Shown: one piece after another, positions 27,578 through 36,404 of the stretch
Position numbering within the stretch: position 1 is the first letter of the stretch
How the letters are laid out: each line of letters starts with the position of its first letter
From: a virus
Taxonomy: Duplodnaviria; Heunggongvirae; Uroviricota; Caudoviricetes
Direction: 5' to 3' (one strand)
DNA: 64,000 nucleotides
IMG/VR virus record: IMGVR_UViG_3300047552_001889
Span: 64,001-128,000 of that record
Program-made: the position numbers and the translations under genes
Notes under the pieces: model-generated
The model's input: only the letters and a program-made list of their open reading frames with translations
Told to the model about the DNA's origin: nothing
The model's database searches: none

Positions 27578-28042
27578 ATGGGAAATAAAAAGGAGAATTT
27601 TGAAGTCATTGAAGTTCCAGCATCTGGAAAGCGTGATTGGTTTGGTGGCGCTTGGTGTCTTGTTTGGGTTTACTCTAAGTCTGGAAACTTCCTGCTTAAG
27701 GGCTACCGAAATGAGTGCGAAGACTACATTAAGTCAAAGGGTTGGTCATGTTGGGCTATCTACAATCTATATGGTAGATATGGTCACAGAACCGTGTTGC
27801 TGACTTATAATTGTGACTTTGAAATCTCTAATCCGTCAAGGATGTCTAAGAAGAAAACATCAGAAGACTTCAAGTACAAAATCTACAGAAAGGGTAACTA
27901 CAGGGGTGCGATTAATGTGAAGAGATTACCCAAGGTTTTCGTCAACTTCAATCCACCGTATGAAAATGTAGTTCCAAATTCCCTTGGTAGCATGGATGCG
28001 CTTAAGTCCTTGAGGGATAATATGGACCAAAACAACAGATAA
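27578..28042 (+). CDS. hypothetical basic protein
   Basis: Packed ORF. Confidence 0.75.
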   Translation: MGNKKENFEVIEVPASGKRDWFGGAWCLVWVYSKSGNFLLKGYRNECEDYIKSKGWSCWAIYNLYGRYGHRTVLLTYNCDFEISNPSRMSKKKTSEDFKYKIYRKGNYRGAINVKRLPKVFVNFNPPYENVVPNSLGSMDALKSLRDNMDQNNR

Positions 28043-28258
28043 ATGAGCTTTCCAAATTTTCATGTAGCCTCTGTAGAGATTAATAAGTACGTCTATCCTA
28101 ATGAAGATGGTCCAACCAGATTCAATAGGAATCATGTGATTGATGCTTCCACTGAGGATGAGGCCAGAGAGAAGGTTAAGAAATTTTACGAGGACAAGAG
28201 TGATGAATACGGCATATCTTATGACGTTATATACATAGAATTTTTCGAGAAAATATAG
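28043..28258 (+). CDS. hypothetical protein
   Basis: Packed ORF. Confidence 0.7.
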   Translation: MSFPNFHVASVEINKYVYPNEDGPTRFNRNHVIDASTEDEAREKVKKFYEDKSDEYGISYDVIYIEFFEKI

Positions 28259-28265
28259 ATAATAA

Positions 28266-29303
28266 ATGAATATACTAAACGACAACGGCAAATACACATT
28301 TTATAACTCACTAAAAATTGAAGATAAGCTTGAAACTAAGAACTACATCTTCAACTGTGACGAATATGGTAATTGCTGGCTTGAGGATGCTGAGTCATTT
28401 AAGGTTCCAGAAAAAATATATGATATAAGCTCTGGCTTTAGACAAGATGTTTTGAAGTCATTCAATCACTATCAGAGGAATCTTGGAGTTCTTTTAACTG
28501 GAAATAAGGGTCAAGGTAAGTCATTGACTGCAAAACTTCTTTGCAGAGAAATGAATATGCCAATCATCATCATTAATAAGTCAATTCCTAAGTCTGTTAA
28601 CTTTGTTCGATTCTTCAATAACATCAAGCAAAATCATTGCATCTTTCTGGATGAGTTCGAAAAGCTCTTCTCAACATACAGTGCTACTAATGAAAACGAA
28701 TTCCATGGACAAGAAGTATTTCTTTCATTTATGGATGGTGTTCTAACAAATGAGCATAAGACACTTTTCTTGCTTACAACGAATGATAGCGTGAATGAGT
28801 ACTTCATGAACAGGCCATCAAGAATCAAGTTCCTTAAGGAATATGATGAGCTTGACGAGGAAATATTTAACATGATTGTTGAGGATAAACTTCAAAATAA
28901 GGAGTTCCAGAAAGACCTTGAGGACAGTGTTTCTCTTGTGAACTTGAACATTGACCTTCTCATATCAATCATTGATGATATTAACCTATTCAATCGACCA
29001 TTTTCTGAATTTAAGGACAACTACAACTATAAGCTTGAAAACTTTAAGTATGAGGTTTCTATAGTTCAGGATAAATCTGAAAAGTTTGAAGGATACTATT
29101 CATCTAAGAGAAAGGTAAGAAACACAGACACATATCTTCATCATCATCAGGTTACTGATTTCTTGAAATTTACCAGAGAAGAAATTATCTTCACTTCTTT
29201 TGAGTGGGATGAAGATGAGCATGGTAATGAAATCAAGAAGGATATTGTAGTAAGGATGACATTGTGTTCAAATAAATACACTGTTACTAACGCATATTCT
29301 TAA
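28266..29303 (+). CDS. AAA+ ATPase
   Basis: GNKGQGKS, IFLDEFEK, LLTTN, RPSRI arginine finger. Confidence 0.9.
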   Translation: MNILNDNGKYTFYNSLKIEDKLETKNYIFNCDEYGNCWLEDAESFKVPEKIYDISSGFRQDVLKSFNHYQRNLGVLLTGNKGQGKSLTAKLLCREMNMPIIIINKSIPKSVNFVRFFNNIKQNHCIFLDEFEKLFSTYSATNENEFHGQEVFLSFMDGVLTNEHKTLFLLTTNDSVNEYFMNRPSRIKFLKEYDELDEEIFNMIVEDKLQNKEFQKDLEDSVSLVNLNIDLLISIIDDINLFNRPFSEFKDNYNYKLENFKYEVSIVQDKSEKFEGYYSSKRKVRNTDTYLHHHQVTDFLKFTREEIIFTSFEWDEDEHGNEIKKDIVVRMTLCSNKYTVTNAYS

Positions 29304-29306
29304 TAA

Positions 29307-29543
29307 ATGGATAATATTGAAACTGGAGATATTGTTGTTTATTTAGGCTCAGACGATGAGTGGAATCATGAGTGCTGTAAGGGTGCTGAGTACAAAATCG
29401 TAAAAGTATACCCATCAATTTTGTTTGGAGTTTATTATTATGACTTAGTAACAACAATTGAGAACTATGACATTTTGAAGCACGATTTCTACAAAGAAAT
29501 ATTCTCAGTTCCAGGTTATCAACTATCCAAAATAAATAAGTAG
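29307..29543 (+). CDS. hypothetical protein
   Basis: Packed ORF. Confidence 0.65.
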   Translation: MDNIETGDIVVYLGSDDEWNHECCKGAEYKIVKVYPSILFGVYYYDLVTTIENYDILKHDFYKEIFSVPGYQLSKINK

Positions 29544-29885
29544 CATTTAATAAACTTTATTCTATCTATGGAAAACGAAAAACTGCTAGAGAAAGTCAAA
29601 GACTTCAAACATAAATTAACAAGACTTCAAGACTATGAAGGGGCTTGTATCTTTAGGGACCTTGAAAGAACCTTGATGATTGATTCAGATTCTGAAGATA
29701 ATATTGAGTCATTCCTAGAAACGGTTGTATCACTTTCAAATAGAAAGAAAAAGTCTGACGAACTTTTATCAAAATCCTTAGATGCTATGCAGATGGTTGG
29801 TAAAAGAGATTTAACATCTACAGAAATTGCAGCATTAAAGAAAGAGATAAAATCTCATCTTAACATTTAATAAACTTTATTCTAT
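29544..29885 (+). repeat. 22-bp exact direct repeat pair flanking ORF 29568-29870
   Basis: CATTTAATAAACTTTATTCTAT at 29544-29565 and 29864-29885. Confidence 0.9.
29568..29870 (+). CDS. small protein with UVR (UvrB/C)-like motif
   Basis: KLTRLQDYEGACIFRDLE resembles edYE.Aa.lRD. Confidence 0.5.
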   Translation: MENEKLLEKVKDFKHKLTRLQDYEGACIFRDLERTLMIDSDSEDNIESFLETVVSLSNRKKKSDELLSKSLDAMQMVGKRDLTSTEIAALKKEIKSHLNI

Positions 29886-29916
29886 TTATAGGTATAAACC
29901 CCTTAAATAGAATAAA

Positions 29917-30171
29917 ATGGGATTAGGACCTAAAAATTTTAAAAGAAACTTATTTGCGATAATTAACTATGCGCAAATAATTCTGAGCATTGTTGCTGCA
30001 GTTAGTTTCCCAGGTTGGGTTAAAGGTGGATACCTATCTGACTGCTATTTTGAAATCGGAAACTTTTGCTTCCCTCTATGGATTCCAGTTGCAATAGCAA
30101 CGTTCGGCTCACTTATTGGAGGAATATGGTGGACGATAAGAAAATACAAGGACACTGGTTCTTGGTGGTAA
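29917..30171 (+). CDS. small membrane protein
   Basis: Two TM segments. Confidence 0.7.
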   Translation: MGLGPKNFKRNLFAIINYAQIILSIVAAVSFPGWVKGGYLSDCYFEIGNFCFPLWIPVAIATFGSLIGGIWWTIRKYKDTGSWW

Positions 30172-30177
30172 ACTTTG

Positions 30178-30203
30178 AAACCCTCCTTAAGGAGGGTTTT
30201 TTT
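30178..30203 (+). terminator. intrinsic terminator
   Basis: AAACCCTCC-ttaa-GGAGGGTTT + T run. Confidence 0.8.
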
Positions 30204-30242
30204 ATTGACATTTTTTTATTACTTTTGTCTAAAATTAGAAAG

Positions 30243-30464
30243 ATGGCAACAATAATAGGATTTAACCTAGACTCAGACTTCAAGATAACCAATGAGAAGG
30301 CTTACTATAACAAGGTTACAATAACTCTTGGTCTTGAGAATGAAAAGTGCAAGACGATGTATAACTTTGATTTCAAGAATGTACCAGAGGAAATTAGAGA
30401 AGAGATTTTTGAAAAATTGAAGCCTTACTTCAAAGAAGGCGAATCTAAAATAATAGATTACTGA
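30243..30464 (+). CDS. hypothetical protein
   Basis: Start moved to ATG 30243 (the longer call spans the terminator). Confidence 0.7.
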   Translation: MATIIGFNLDSDFKITNEKAYYNKVTITLGLENEKCKTMYNFDFKNVPEEIREEIFEKLKPYFKEGESKIIDY

Positions 30465-30937
30465 TGAAAAAAGTTTTTCAAACGATTGTTGGAAATGGTT
30501 CTGAAAGCCATGAGCGTGGAAATTGCATGCAAGCAGCTATAGCGTCTTTATTTGAATTAGAGCTTGAGGATGTTCCAAATTTTATAATTCTTGAGACGGG
30601 GAAAGGTGAAGCAAATCTGTCTATGTGGCAATTTATAATGGATAAAACAGGTATTTTTGCAACTGTATTTGGAACTTTCGATACTCCAATAGAAAAATAT
30701 AAAGAAATTTGTAAATTTGATGGAGGAATAGGAGGTTATTTTTATGCATCTGTTAAGTCTCAGACGTTTGAAGGCACAAGTCATGCTATTATTGTTGACT
30801 CAAATATGAATGTTGTTCATGACCCAAATCCTAATGGAAAATGTTTGGGTATGGAGCTTGATAACTCAAATTTGAATTACATAATAACATTTGGCGATTG
30901 GTATATTGACCTAGATGGTAATTTAGTTAAAAGTTAA
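30464..30937 (+). CDS. hypothetical protein (GNCMQAAIASL, possible C39-like fold)
   Basis: GNC.QA.IAS and HA.....HDP motifs. Confidence 0.55.
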   Translation: MKKVFQTIVGNGSESHERGNCMQAAIASLFELELEDVPNFIILETGKGEANLSMWQFIMDKTGIFATVFGTFDTPIEKYKEICKFDGGIGGYFYASVKSQTFEGTSHAIIVDSNMNVVHDPNPNGKCLGMELDNSNLNYIITFGDWYIDLDGNLVKS

Positions 30938-30941
30938 AGAT

Positions 30942-31511
30942 ATGTTCTTAGAATCAAATCATAGCGGCCACATTGAGGTTGTATGTGGCTCAATGTTCTC
31001 TGGGAAGACAGAAGAGCTTATCAGAAGAATTAAGAGAGTAAAGATAGCTGGACAGCCATTTAAAGTGTTCAAGCCAAAAGTTGACAATAGATACAGCGAT
31101 ACAGAGGTTGTGAGTCACTCTAAGAATTCTATAAACTCAATTGTAGTTGTTCATGCTGTTGACATTCTTGACTTAGTTGAAGATAGTGATGAGGTTGTAG
31201 GAATTGATGAGGTTCAATTCTTTGATGGCAAGATAGTCGAGGTATGCACAGAGCTTGCAAATGCTGGAAAGCGTGTAATTGTTGCTGGATTGGATATGGA
31301 CTATGCTGGAAATCCATTTGGACCGATGCCAGGTCTATTGTCGATAGCTGAGTATGTCACCAAGGTTAAGGCCATTTGTGTTGATTGCTCATCTGTTGCA
31401 AATTTTTCTTACAGACTATCAGATAGCGAGGAAGTTGTAATGCTGGGAGAAACAAAGGAATACATTCCACTCTGCAGGAAGTGCTTTAACAATAGAATGT
31501 CCTCCAGATAA
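30942..31511 (+). CDS. tdk: thymidine kinase (type II)
   Basis: GSMFSGKTEELIRR, IDEVQFF, VAGLDMD, CxxC...CxxC zinc site. Confidence 0.97.
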   Translation: MFLESNHSGHIEVVCGSMFSGKTEELIRRIKRVKIAGQPFKVFKPKVDNRYSDTEVVSHSKNSINSIVVVHAVDILDLVEDSDEVVGIDEVQFFDGKIVEVCTELANAGKRVIVAGLDMDYAGNPFGPMPGLLSIAEYVTKVKAICVDCSSVANFSYRLSDSEEVVMLGETKEYIPLCRKCFNNRMSSR

Positions 31512-31552
31512 TTTTAACCTTTTTTTGCTCTTATTTATTAGAAAATGGAGTT

Positions 31553-32005
31553 ATGAAAAGGTTGCGTGGTTTTGAGTTTCACATAAGATTATTTGTGATA
31601 TTGCTCGCAGCCATAATGCCATTGGTTTTATTCTTAAGTCAGGGTCACATGTTTTCTATTTCGACTTACTGGGAGACAGATATGCAGCCCCTTTTTATAA
31701 TCACCAATGCAGCAACTTCATATTATCTATACGGAATTAAGAGGTGGAGGCTTTCAGCTCTATTTCTATTGCTGTTAACAGCATTTTCGGTCTCGCTATT
31801 CCCAAATGTTCATAATTTTTTGGCCGTATTGTTTTTTGTTGTATCTTTGTTTCCATTATATACGACAAAACTATTCAGGTTTTGCTTCTGGGCTTATCTC
31901 GTGGCGCTTCCTGTTATGTTTTTCGATATGATGATTGGAGAGTCGATTGCAGTGTTCTTCTTATGCCTGCATCACTTCCTTATTCTTATGAAACTACAAA
32001 GATAA
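31553..32005 (+). CDS. multi-pass membrane protein
   Basis: 5-6 hydrophobic segments. Confidence 0.75.
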   Translation: MKRLRGFEFHIRLFVILLAAIMPLVLFLSQGHMFSISTYWETDMQPLFIITNAATSYYLYGIKRWRLSALFLLLLTAFSVSLFPNVHNFLAVLFFVVSLFPLYTTKLFRFCFWAYLVALPVMFFDMMIGESIAVFFLCLHHFLILMKLQR

Positions 32006-32008
32006 ATA

Positions 32009-32356
32009 ATGAAAATATCAGTAAATCAAGACAACACAATCCAGCTGGAAGAAGTTTTTAATCCAGTAATACTAAAAACTGCAGATGGCGAAGAGATGGC
32101 TATTTGCATGAGAGATGGTGGATTTGAATTCAAGTATCAAGGCGAAATGTATTTTGCTAAGGGTGGTTATGTTGAACCATTTCAAAAATCTGTTCGAGGT
32201 AATTATCTCGTTGAACAAGCTCATACTGAAGAATCAGAGTCTCCAAGAAACAGCTCAGCTTGCGACCACAGAGACAGTTACATTGTTAGTGGTGCTTTTG
32301 GTGGCAGATGGTGTGAAAACTGCAAAGAAATGGTAGACGAAAAATCAGAAGACTAA
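32009..32356 (+). CDS. hypothetical protein with C-terminal Zn ribbon
   Basis: CDH...CENC. Confidence 0.7.
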   Translation: MKISVNQDNTIQLEEVFNPVILKTADGEEMAICMRDGGFEFKYQGEMYFAKGGYVEPFQKSVRGNYLVEQAHTEESESPRNSSACDHRDSYIVSGAFGGRWCENCKEMVDEKSED

Positions 32357-32367
32357 ATAAATTTATT

Positions 32368-32649
32368 ATGTCAGGAGGACGGTTTGATTATCTGCAGCAC
32401 AGATTCACTGAGATTATTGAAGCTATTGAGTATGAGATTGAAAATAATAACGCTGAGCCAAGGCCAGAGGATTGGTTCAATCCCAATAACTTTCGAGAAG
32501 AAACAATTGCCGAATTTAAGAAAGGAATTGAATTGCTAAAGAAAGCTCAAATATACGCAAATAGGATTGACTATCTTCTCTCTGGTGATGATGGAGAAGA
32601 CACCTTCCATGAGAGACTGTCTGAAGATTTATCTGAAAATAATTTATAA
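32368..32649 (+). CDS. hypothetical phage protein (MSGGRFDY)
   Basis: MSGG.FDY...DYLLSGDDGE motif. Confidence 0.75.
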   Translation: MSGGRFDYLQHRFTEIIEAIEYEIENNNAEPRPEDWFNPNNFREETIAEFKKGIELLKKAQIYANRIDYLLSGDDGEDTFHERLSEDLSENNL

Positions 32650-32656
32650 CCTCAAT

Positions 32657-32872
32657 ATGATGGAAAAATACAGAGGAAAAACTCTTGAGGAGTGGAAGGA
32701 ATACATCAAGAAGGATAATCAAGTTGGAATTAGAACTGCTAAGTACATTGTAGTGCTAGAAGAAATTGTTGAAGAGATGAATCAACAATTGTTTTGTAAG
32801 CATGAATTAGAATCTCTAGGCACAAGAGCCGTTAAGTGTATAAAGTGTAAAAAACTATTTGAAACAGAATAG
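32657..32872 (+). CDS. hypothetical protein with Zn ribbon
   Basis: Start moved to ATG 32657; CKH...CIKC. Confidence 0.65.
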   Translation: MMEKYRGKTLEEWKEYIKKDNQVGIRTAKYIVVLEEIVEEMNQQLFCKHELESLGTRAVKCIKCKKLFETE

Positions 32873-32885
32873 TTAAATTTATTTT

Positions 32886-32914
32886 TGAAACTTTTTTAAT
32901 TTTTAAACGTATAA
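32886..32914 (+). promoter_or_regulatory. ECF-type promoter TGAAAC-N16-CGTATAA
   Basis: Exact motif upstream of ATG 32920. Confidence 0.8.
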
Positions 32915-32919
32915 AACCC

Positions 32920-33306
32920 ATGAACAAAGTTAACATTAACGGTAGAACAATCGTTACATCAGGAAATAGTGTTGTAATCAGCAATGGTAAAATAATCATT
33001 GATGGTGTTGAGCAGGGTCTTGGTGACGAAAAGGTAATAAACATCACAATTGAGGGGAATGTTGAATCACTAAGCGCTCCAGCTTGTAAGACAATCAGCG
33101 TCACTGGAGATGTGGGAAATTTATCTACCACTTCAGGTGACGTTGAAATTGGTGGAAATGTCAAGTCAAACATCAGCTGCACATCTGGAGACATTCAAGT
33201 TGAGGGTGATGTTTCAGGAAGCATCAACACAACATCTGGAGATGTAAAGTGTGGAAATGTTGGCGGAAGTGTGAGTTCACTAAGCGGAAACATTAGACAT
33301 AAATAA
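32920..33306 (+). CDS. beta-strand repeat protein (DUF4097/adhesin-like)
   Basis: Repeated GdV..i.ttSGDV units. Confidence 0.7.
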   Translation: MNKVNINGRTIVTSGNSVVISNGKIIIDGVEQGLGDEKVINITIEGNVESLSAPACKTISVTGDVGNLSTTSGDVEIGGNVKSNISCTSGDIQVEGDVSGSINTTSGDVKCGNVGGSVSSLSGNIRHK

Positions 33307-33308
33307 CA

Positions 33309-33548
33309 ATGACCATGAACCTAAAAGAGAAAAAATCAAAGGTTGCACTATGCAAGAAATGTAAGGGTTTCGTTTTGGCATGTCACACAGACTATATAAG
33401 CAAATCAACTGAGAAAGAGTTTACTCAGTTTACCAATGAGGGATTTGAAGTAAAGATTGAGACACTAGAAAAAACTAAGAGTCGAGAATTTGTCTTTTAT
33501 TCTGACAAGAAGAATGGCAAATGCGAGGACTGTAACAGTGTTGATTAA
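33309..33548 (+). CDS. hypothetical Cys-containing protein
   Basis: CKKC...CEDC. Confidence 0.7.
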   Translation: MTMNLKEKKSKVALCKKCKGFVLACHTDYISKSTEKEFTQFTNEGFEVKIETLEKTKSREFVFYSDKKNGKCEDCNSVD

Positions 33549-33610
33549 ATGAATTTTAGTAAATTATGTACAATTAACATCAAAATTAAATTTTCTAAAA
33601 AAAGATAAAA

Positions 33611-33814
33611 ATGACAACAAATAAAGATTTAGTTTTTGCCATAAGTGTAATAATTTGGTGGTTATTACTTATTTTGTCCTTTTTTTTATTTGGATTAGGC
33701 GGAGTTGCTGTGTCCCACTTTGTATGTATTGTATTATATGGAATAATGATTATTTTTAAGTTTAATAACAGAAAATTTGGAAATTGGCTTGAAAAGACTA
33801 TAAAAAGAAAATAA
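33611..33814 (+). CDS. small membrane protein
   Basis: Two TM segments. Confidence 0.65.
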   Translation: MTTNKDLVFAISVIIWWLLLILSFFLFGLGGVAVSHFVCIVLYGIMIIFKFNNRKFGNWLEKTIKRK

Positions 33815-33817
33815 GAT

Positions 33818-34408
33818 ATGAATTTCACAGTAATTCCAGACGAACAAACTCCTAATACACCTCAGATAGAGGATGTTTCTAAATTTATAGAGGAGAATAA
33901 GGAAAAGATTGAGGCGTTTAAGGAGTATGCTATTTCTCGTAGAGATGGCATCGGCCTTGCAGCAAACCAGTGCGCACTTGATGGAGAACGATTCAACTTG
34001 AGAATGGTCGCTGTCAAGAATGCAGATGGTGCAGACAGAGACTGCAGAATTGCAATTGACCCAAAGATTACAAGGCTCTACGGAATTAAGCTACAGAAGT
34101 TCGAGGGATGCCTCACTTGGAAGTCGGTTCCAGGGCTCACTGTTGTTGCTGATAGATACTTCTATGTTGATGTTGAGTTCTATACTCCAGATGGAAAATT
34201 CCATAAGGAAACTCACAAGGGGTTCCAGGCACAGGTTTGGCAACATGAGGTAAACCACATCAATGGCTATGAAGAAGTTATTATGAACTTCTCTGAACTT
34301 CCATATAGAAGTGAACTTGGGCGAAATGACGATTGCCCTTGCGGTAGTGGTAAGAAGCTTAAGAAGTGCTGTCTGAATGATTATTTAAGTTGGAAAAGTA
34401 TTTGTTAA
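33818..34408 (+). CDS. def: peptide deformylase with C-terminal SEC-C motif
   Basis: GIGLAANQ, EGCL, QHEVNH; GRNDDCPCGSGKKLKKCC. Confidence 0.9.
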   Translation: MNFTVIPDEQTPNTPQIEDVSKFIEENKEKIEAFKEYAISRRDGIGLAANQCALDGERFNLRMVAVKNADGADRDCRIAIDPKITRLYGIKLQKFEGCLTWKSVPGLTVVADRYFYVDVEFYTPDGKFHKETHKGFQAQVWQHEVNHINGYEEVIMNFSELPYRSELGRNDDCPCGSGKKLKKCCLNDYLSWKSIC

Positions 34409-34954
34409 ATGTATATTATTTTTCTTGATATTGATGGTGTTTTAAATACTGAATATGGTCTAAAATTTTGGACCAATAATTGGAAAAATCCCAAAAACTC
34501 TTTTCATTCAGATGGTAAAAAACAATTTTGTCCAGAAGCAATTGAGGTTTTAAGAAAAATTATTGAAAATACTGGAGCAAAAATAGTAATTTCATCAACA
34601 TGGAAATCACATGGCCTTATATGGTTCAAAAAATTTTGGAAGAATAGAAGTTTGCCAGGTGAAATAATTGGTGTTACCAAAAGTACTACCCATGGAATTA
34701 GGGGAGTTGAGGTTGAACAATGGTTGTTTAAGAAGGGATATTATTATCCAGAATCATATTGGAATGCTCCTTATTGGAATAATTTAAGGAAAAAGTGTAA
34801 AATAAAAGGATATTGCATAATTGATGATGATTGGGATTTTTTAATTCTACAAAAAAATCATTATGTAAATACTCCAGCTTATAAAGGCTTAGCTTGTGAA
34901 GGCAAGTATGAAGAGGTAATTAAAGCATTAAAATCCAAACCAATTGAAATATGA
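34409..34954 (+). CDS. HAD-domain protein (Swiss Army Knife RNA repair-like HAD)
   Basis: FLDIDGVLN, IVISSTW, IIDDD. Confidence 0.8.
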   Translation: MYIIFLDIDGVLNTEYGLKFWTNNWKNPKNSFHSDGKKQFCPEAIEVLRKIIENTGAKIVISSTWKSHGLIWFKKFWKNRSLPGEIIGVTKSTTHGIRGVEVEQWLFKKGYYYPESYWNAPYWNNLRKKCKIKGYCIIDDDWDFLILQKNHYVNTPAYKGLACEGKYEEVIKALKSKPIEI

Positions 34955-35187
34955 AAGTAAAGGACCTTATTGAAAAGCTTCAAGGTTGTGACCCAGAAGC
35001 TGTTGTGCTTGTTAGAAGTAGCAATTTTGAACTTGGTGGTAGCGAAGTTGAAGCCAAATATGTTCACGAATCAAAAGAGGGTAGCTTAAGCCAAAAGCAA
35101 TGCGTTGACGCATTTGACTACACCAGATATAGCACACCAGTTTGGTCAACGATTGGTGGAGACAAGACTGTGGTTAGCATTTCTTAA
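34951..35187 (+). CDS. hypothetical protein
   Basis: MKVKDLIEKLQ..DP start typical of phage ORFans. Confidence 0.7.
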   Translation: MKVKDLIEKLQGCDPEAVVLVRSSNFELGGSEVEAKYVHESKEGSLSQKQCVDAFDYTRYSTPVWSTIGGDKTVVSIS

Positions 35188-35188
35188 T

Positions 35189-35217
35189 TGTAACATTATC
35201 ATTTTATTCTCGTATAA
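35189..35217 (+). promoter_or_regulatory. ECF-type promoter TGTAAC-N16-CGTATAA
   Basis: Exact motif. Confidence 0.8.
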
Positions 35218-35243
35218 TAGAGTAACTTATAAATCAAAAAGAA

Positions 35244-35618
35244 ATGAAACGATTAGGGATTAGAAAAGCTGTTACTGCACTATTCAACAGCAGTGCTGGT
35301 CAAGGAGCTGACAAGCTAATTAATGGTGTTGTCACTCTTCCTGGAACTGTCTCGAATAAGCTGGGTGTTAAGAGTGTGTCTGACAAACTTAAAATTGATG
35401 TATCTGGCAAGTCTGCTCGAAAAAAGGCAAATCAGTCAGTTAGTCAAAAAGTTTCGATGGCCAATCAAAAGCTTGTCATGCAGGATGCATTAGACTTGGC
35501 TGCAGCTAAGGAGTTCGAAAAAGAAAAGAAAGAAAACATTTTGAAGTTTGGCTTCGGAGATGACTCGGAAGTTGGAATTGACATCAACTCAATAGCTGCT
35601 ACACGAGTGAAGGCATAA
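35244..35618 (+). CDS. hypothetical basic protein, monocistronic
   Basis: Own promoter and terminator. Confidence 0.8.
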   Translation: MKRLGIRKAVTALFNSSAGQGADKLINGVVTLPGTVSNKLGVKSVSDKLKIDVSGKSARKKANQSVSQKVSMANQKLVMQDALDLAAAKEFEKEKKENILKFGFGDDSEVGIDINSIAATRVKA

Positions 35619-35640
35619 ATTTCCATAAATAAGAATTATA

Positions 35641-35668
35641 AAAAAGACAGGCTTTGGTCTGTCTTTTT
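35641..35668. terminator. bidirectional intrinsic terminator
   Basis: AAAAAGACAG-gctttggt-CTGTCTTTTT. Confidence 0.8.
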
Positions 35669-35678
35669 GTTTTAATTC

Positions 35679-35707
35679 TGTAACATTAATCTTTTGTTTA
35701 CGTATAA
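35679..35707 (+). promoter_or_regulatory. ECF-type promoter TGTAAC-N16-CGTATAA
   Basis: Exact motif upstream of ATG 35714. Confidence 0.8.
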
Positions 35708-35713
35708 TCAATT

Positions 35714-36184
35714 ATGAGTTGGAAAACAGAATATTGGGAAACACTTTGTCACAAGGCAGATAAGGCTGTGGGTAAGATATTTGAAAATCTTGTCAACGGT
35801 AAATTTGATGTCAAGAAAGCTATGATTTCCCTAAGTCTTATTCCTTATGAGTATCCAAGCTCGGAGCTTGCAAAAGAAACTGTAAACAAATTCATTGACC
35901 ATGCTGTAGAAACTCTTGGAATTCCTGAAGAGGAGCTTGTAATGCACTATCAGAATGAGGATTGCAATGTAGGGCTCGCTAAGTGGACATGGGATGTTGC
36001 TCATGCGCCATACCGTTCTGGTGAATTCGAAGTGTTTTGGAATGAAGTGAAGGAAGGTTATTTAGACACTGAGTGGGATGAACTAAGAAAAATTTCTAAG
36101 AGTGTATGGGATGATGCCATGAACAATGATACTCTGTGGGCTAACTCATTTTTTGACTATTGGAAACATAAAAATTCTATATGA
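35714..36184 (+). CDS. hypothetical protein
   Basis: Packed ORF. Confidence 0.8.
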   Translation: MSWKTEYWETLCHKADKAVGKIFENLVNGKFDVKKAMISLSLIPYEYPSSELAKETVNKFIDHAVETLGIPEEELVMHYQNEDCNVGLAKWTWDVAHAPYRSGEFEVFWNEVKEGYLDTEWDELRKISKSVWDDAMNNDTLWANSFFDYWKHKNSI

Positions 36185-36402
36185 AAAAAGCTAATCTAAT
36201 GATATTATTATCTGCCGTGACAATCATCTTATTGTTGATTGGTGGTGTAATGTCAATGATTAATGAGTGGAAATGGTTCTCAAGTGATGCACCAGTTAAA
36301 GCATCAGAAAGATGGGATTTCTTCTTATCTGGCCCAGTTTACTTTATAGTTCCTGGAGTCATTCTGCATATAGTCTATATACTTCTTGACCGAAAAAATT
36401 AA
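36181..36402 (+). CDS. small membrane protein
   Basis: Two TM segments. Confidence 0.7.
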   Translation: MKKANLMILLSAVTIILLLIGGVMSMINEWKWFSSDAPVKASERWDFFLSGPVYFIVPGVILHIVYILLDRKN

Positions 36403-36404
36403 TT

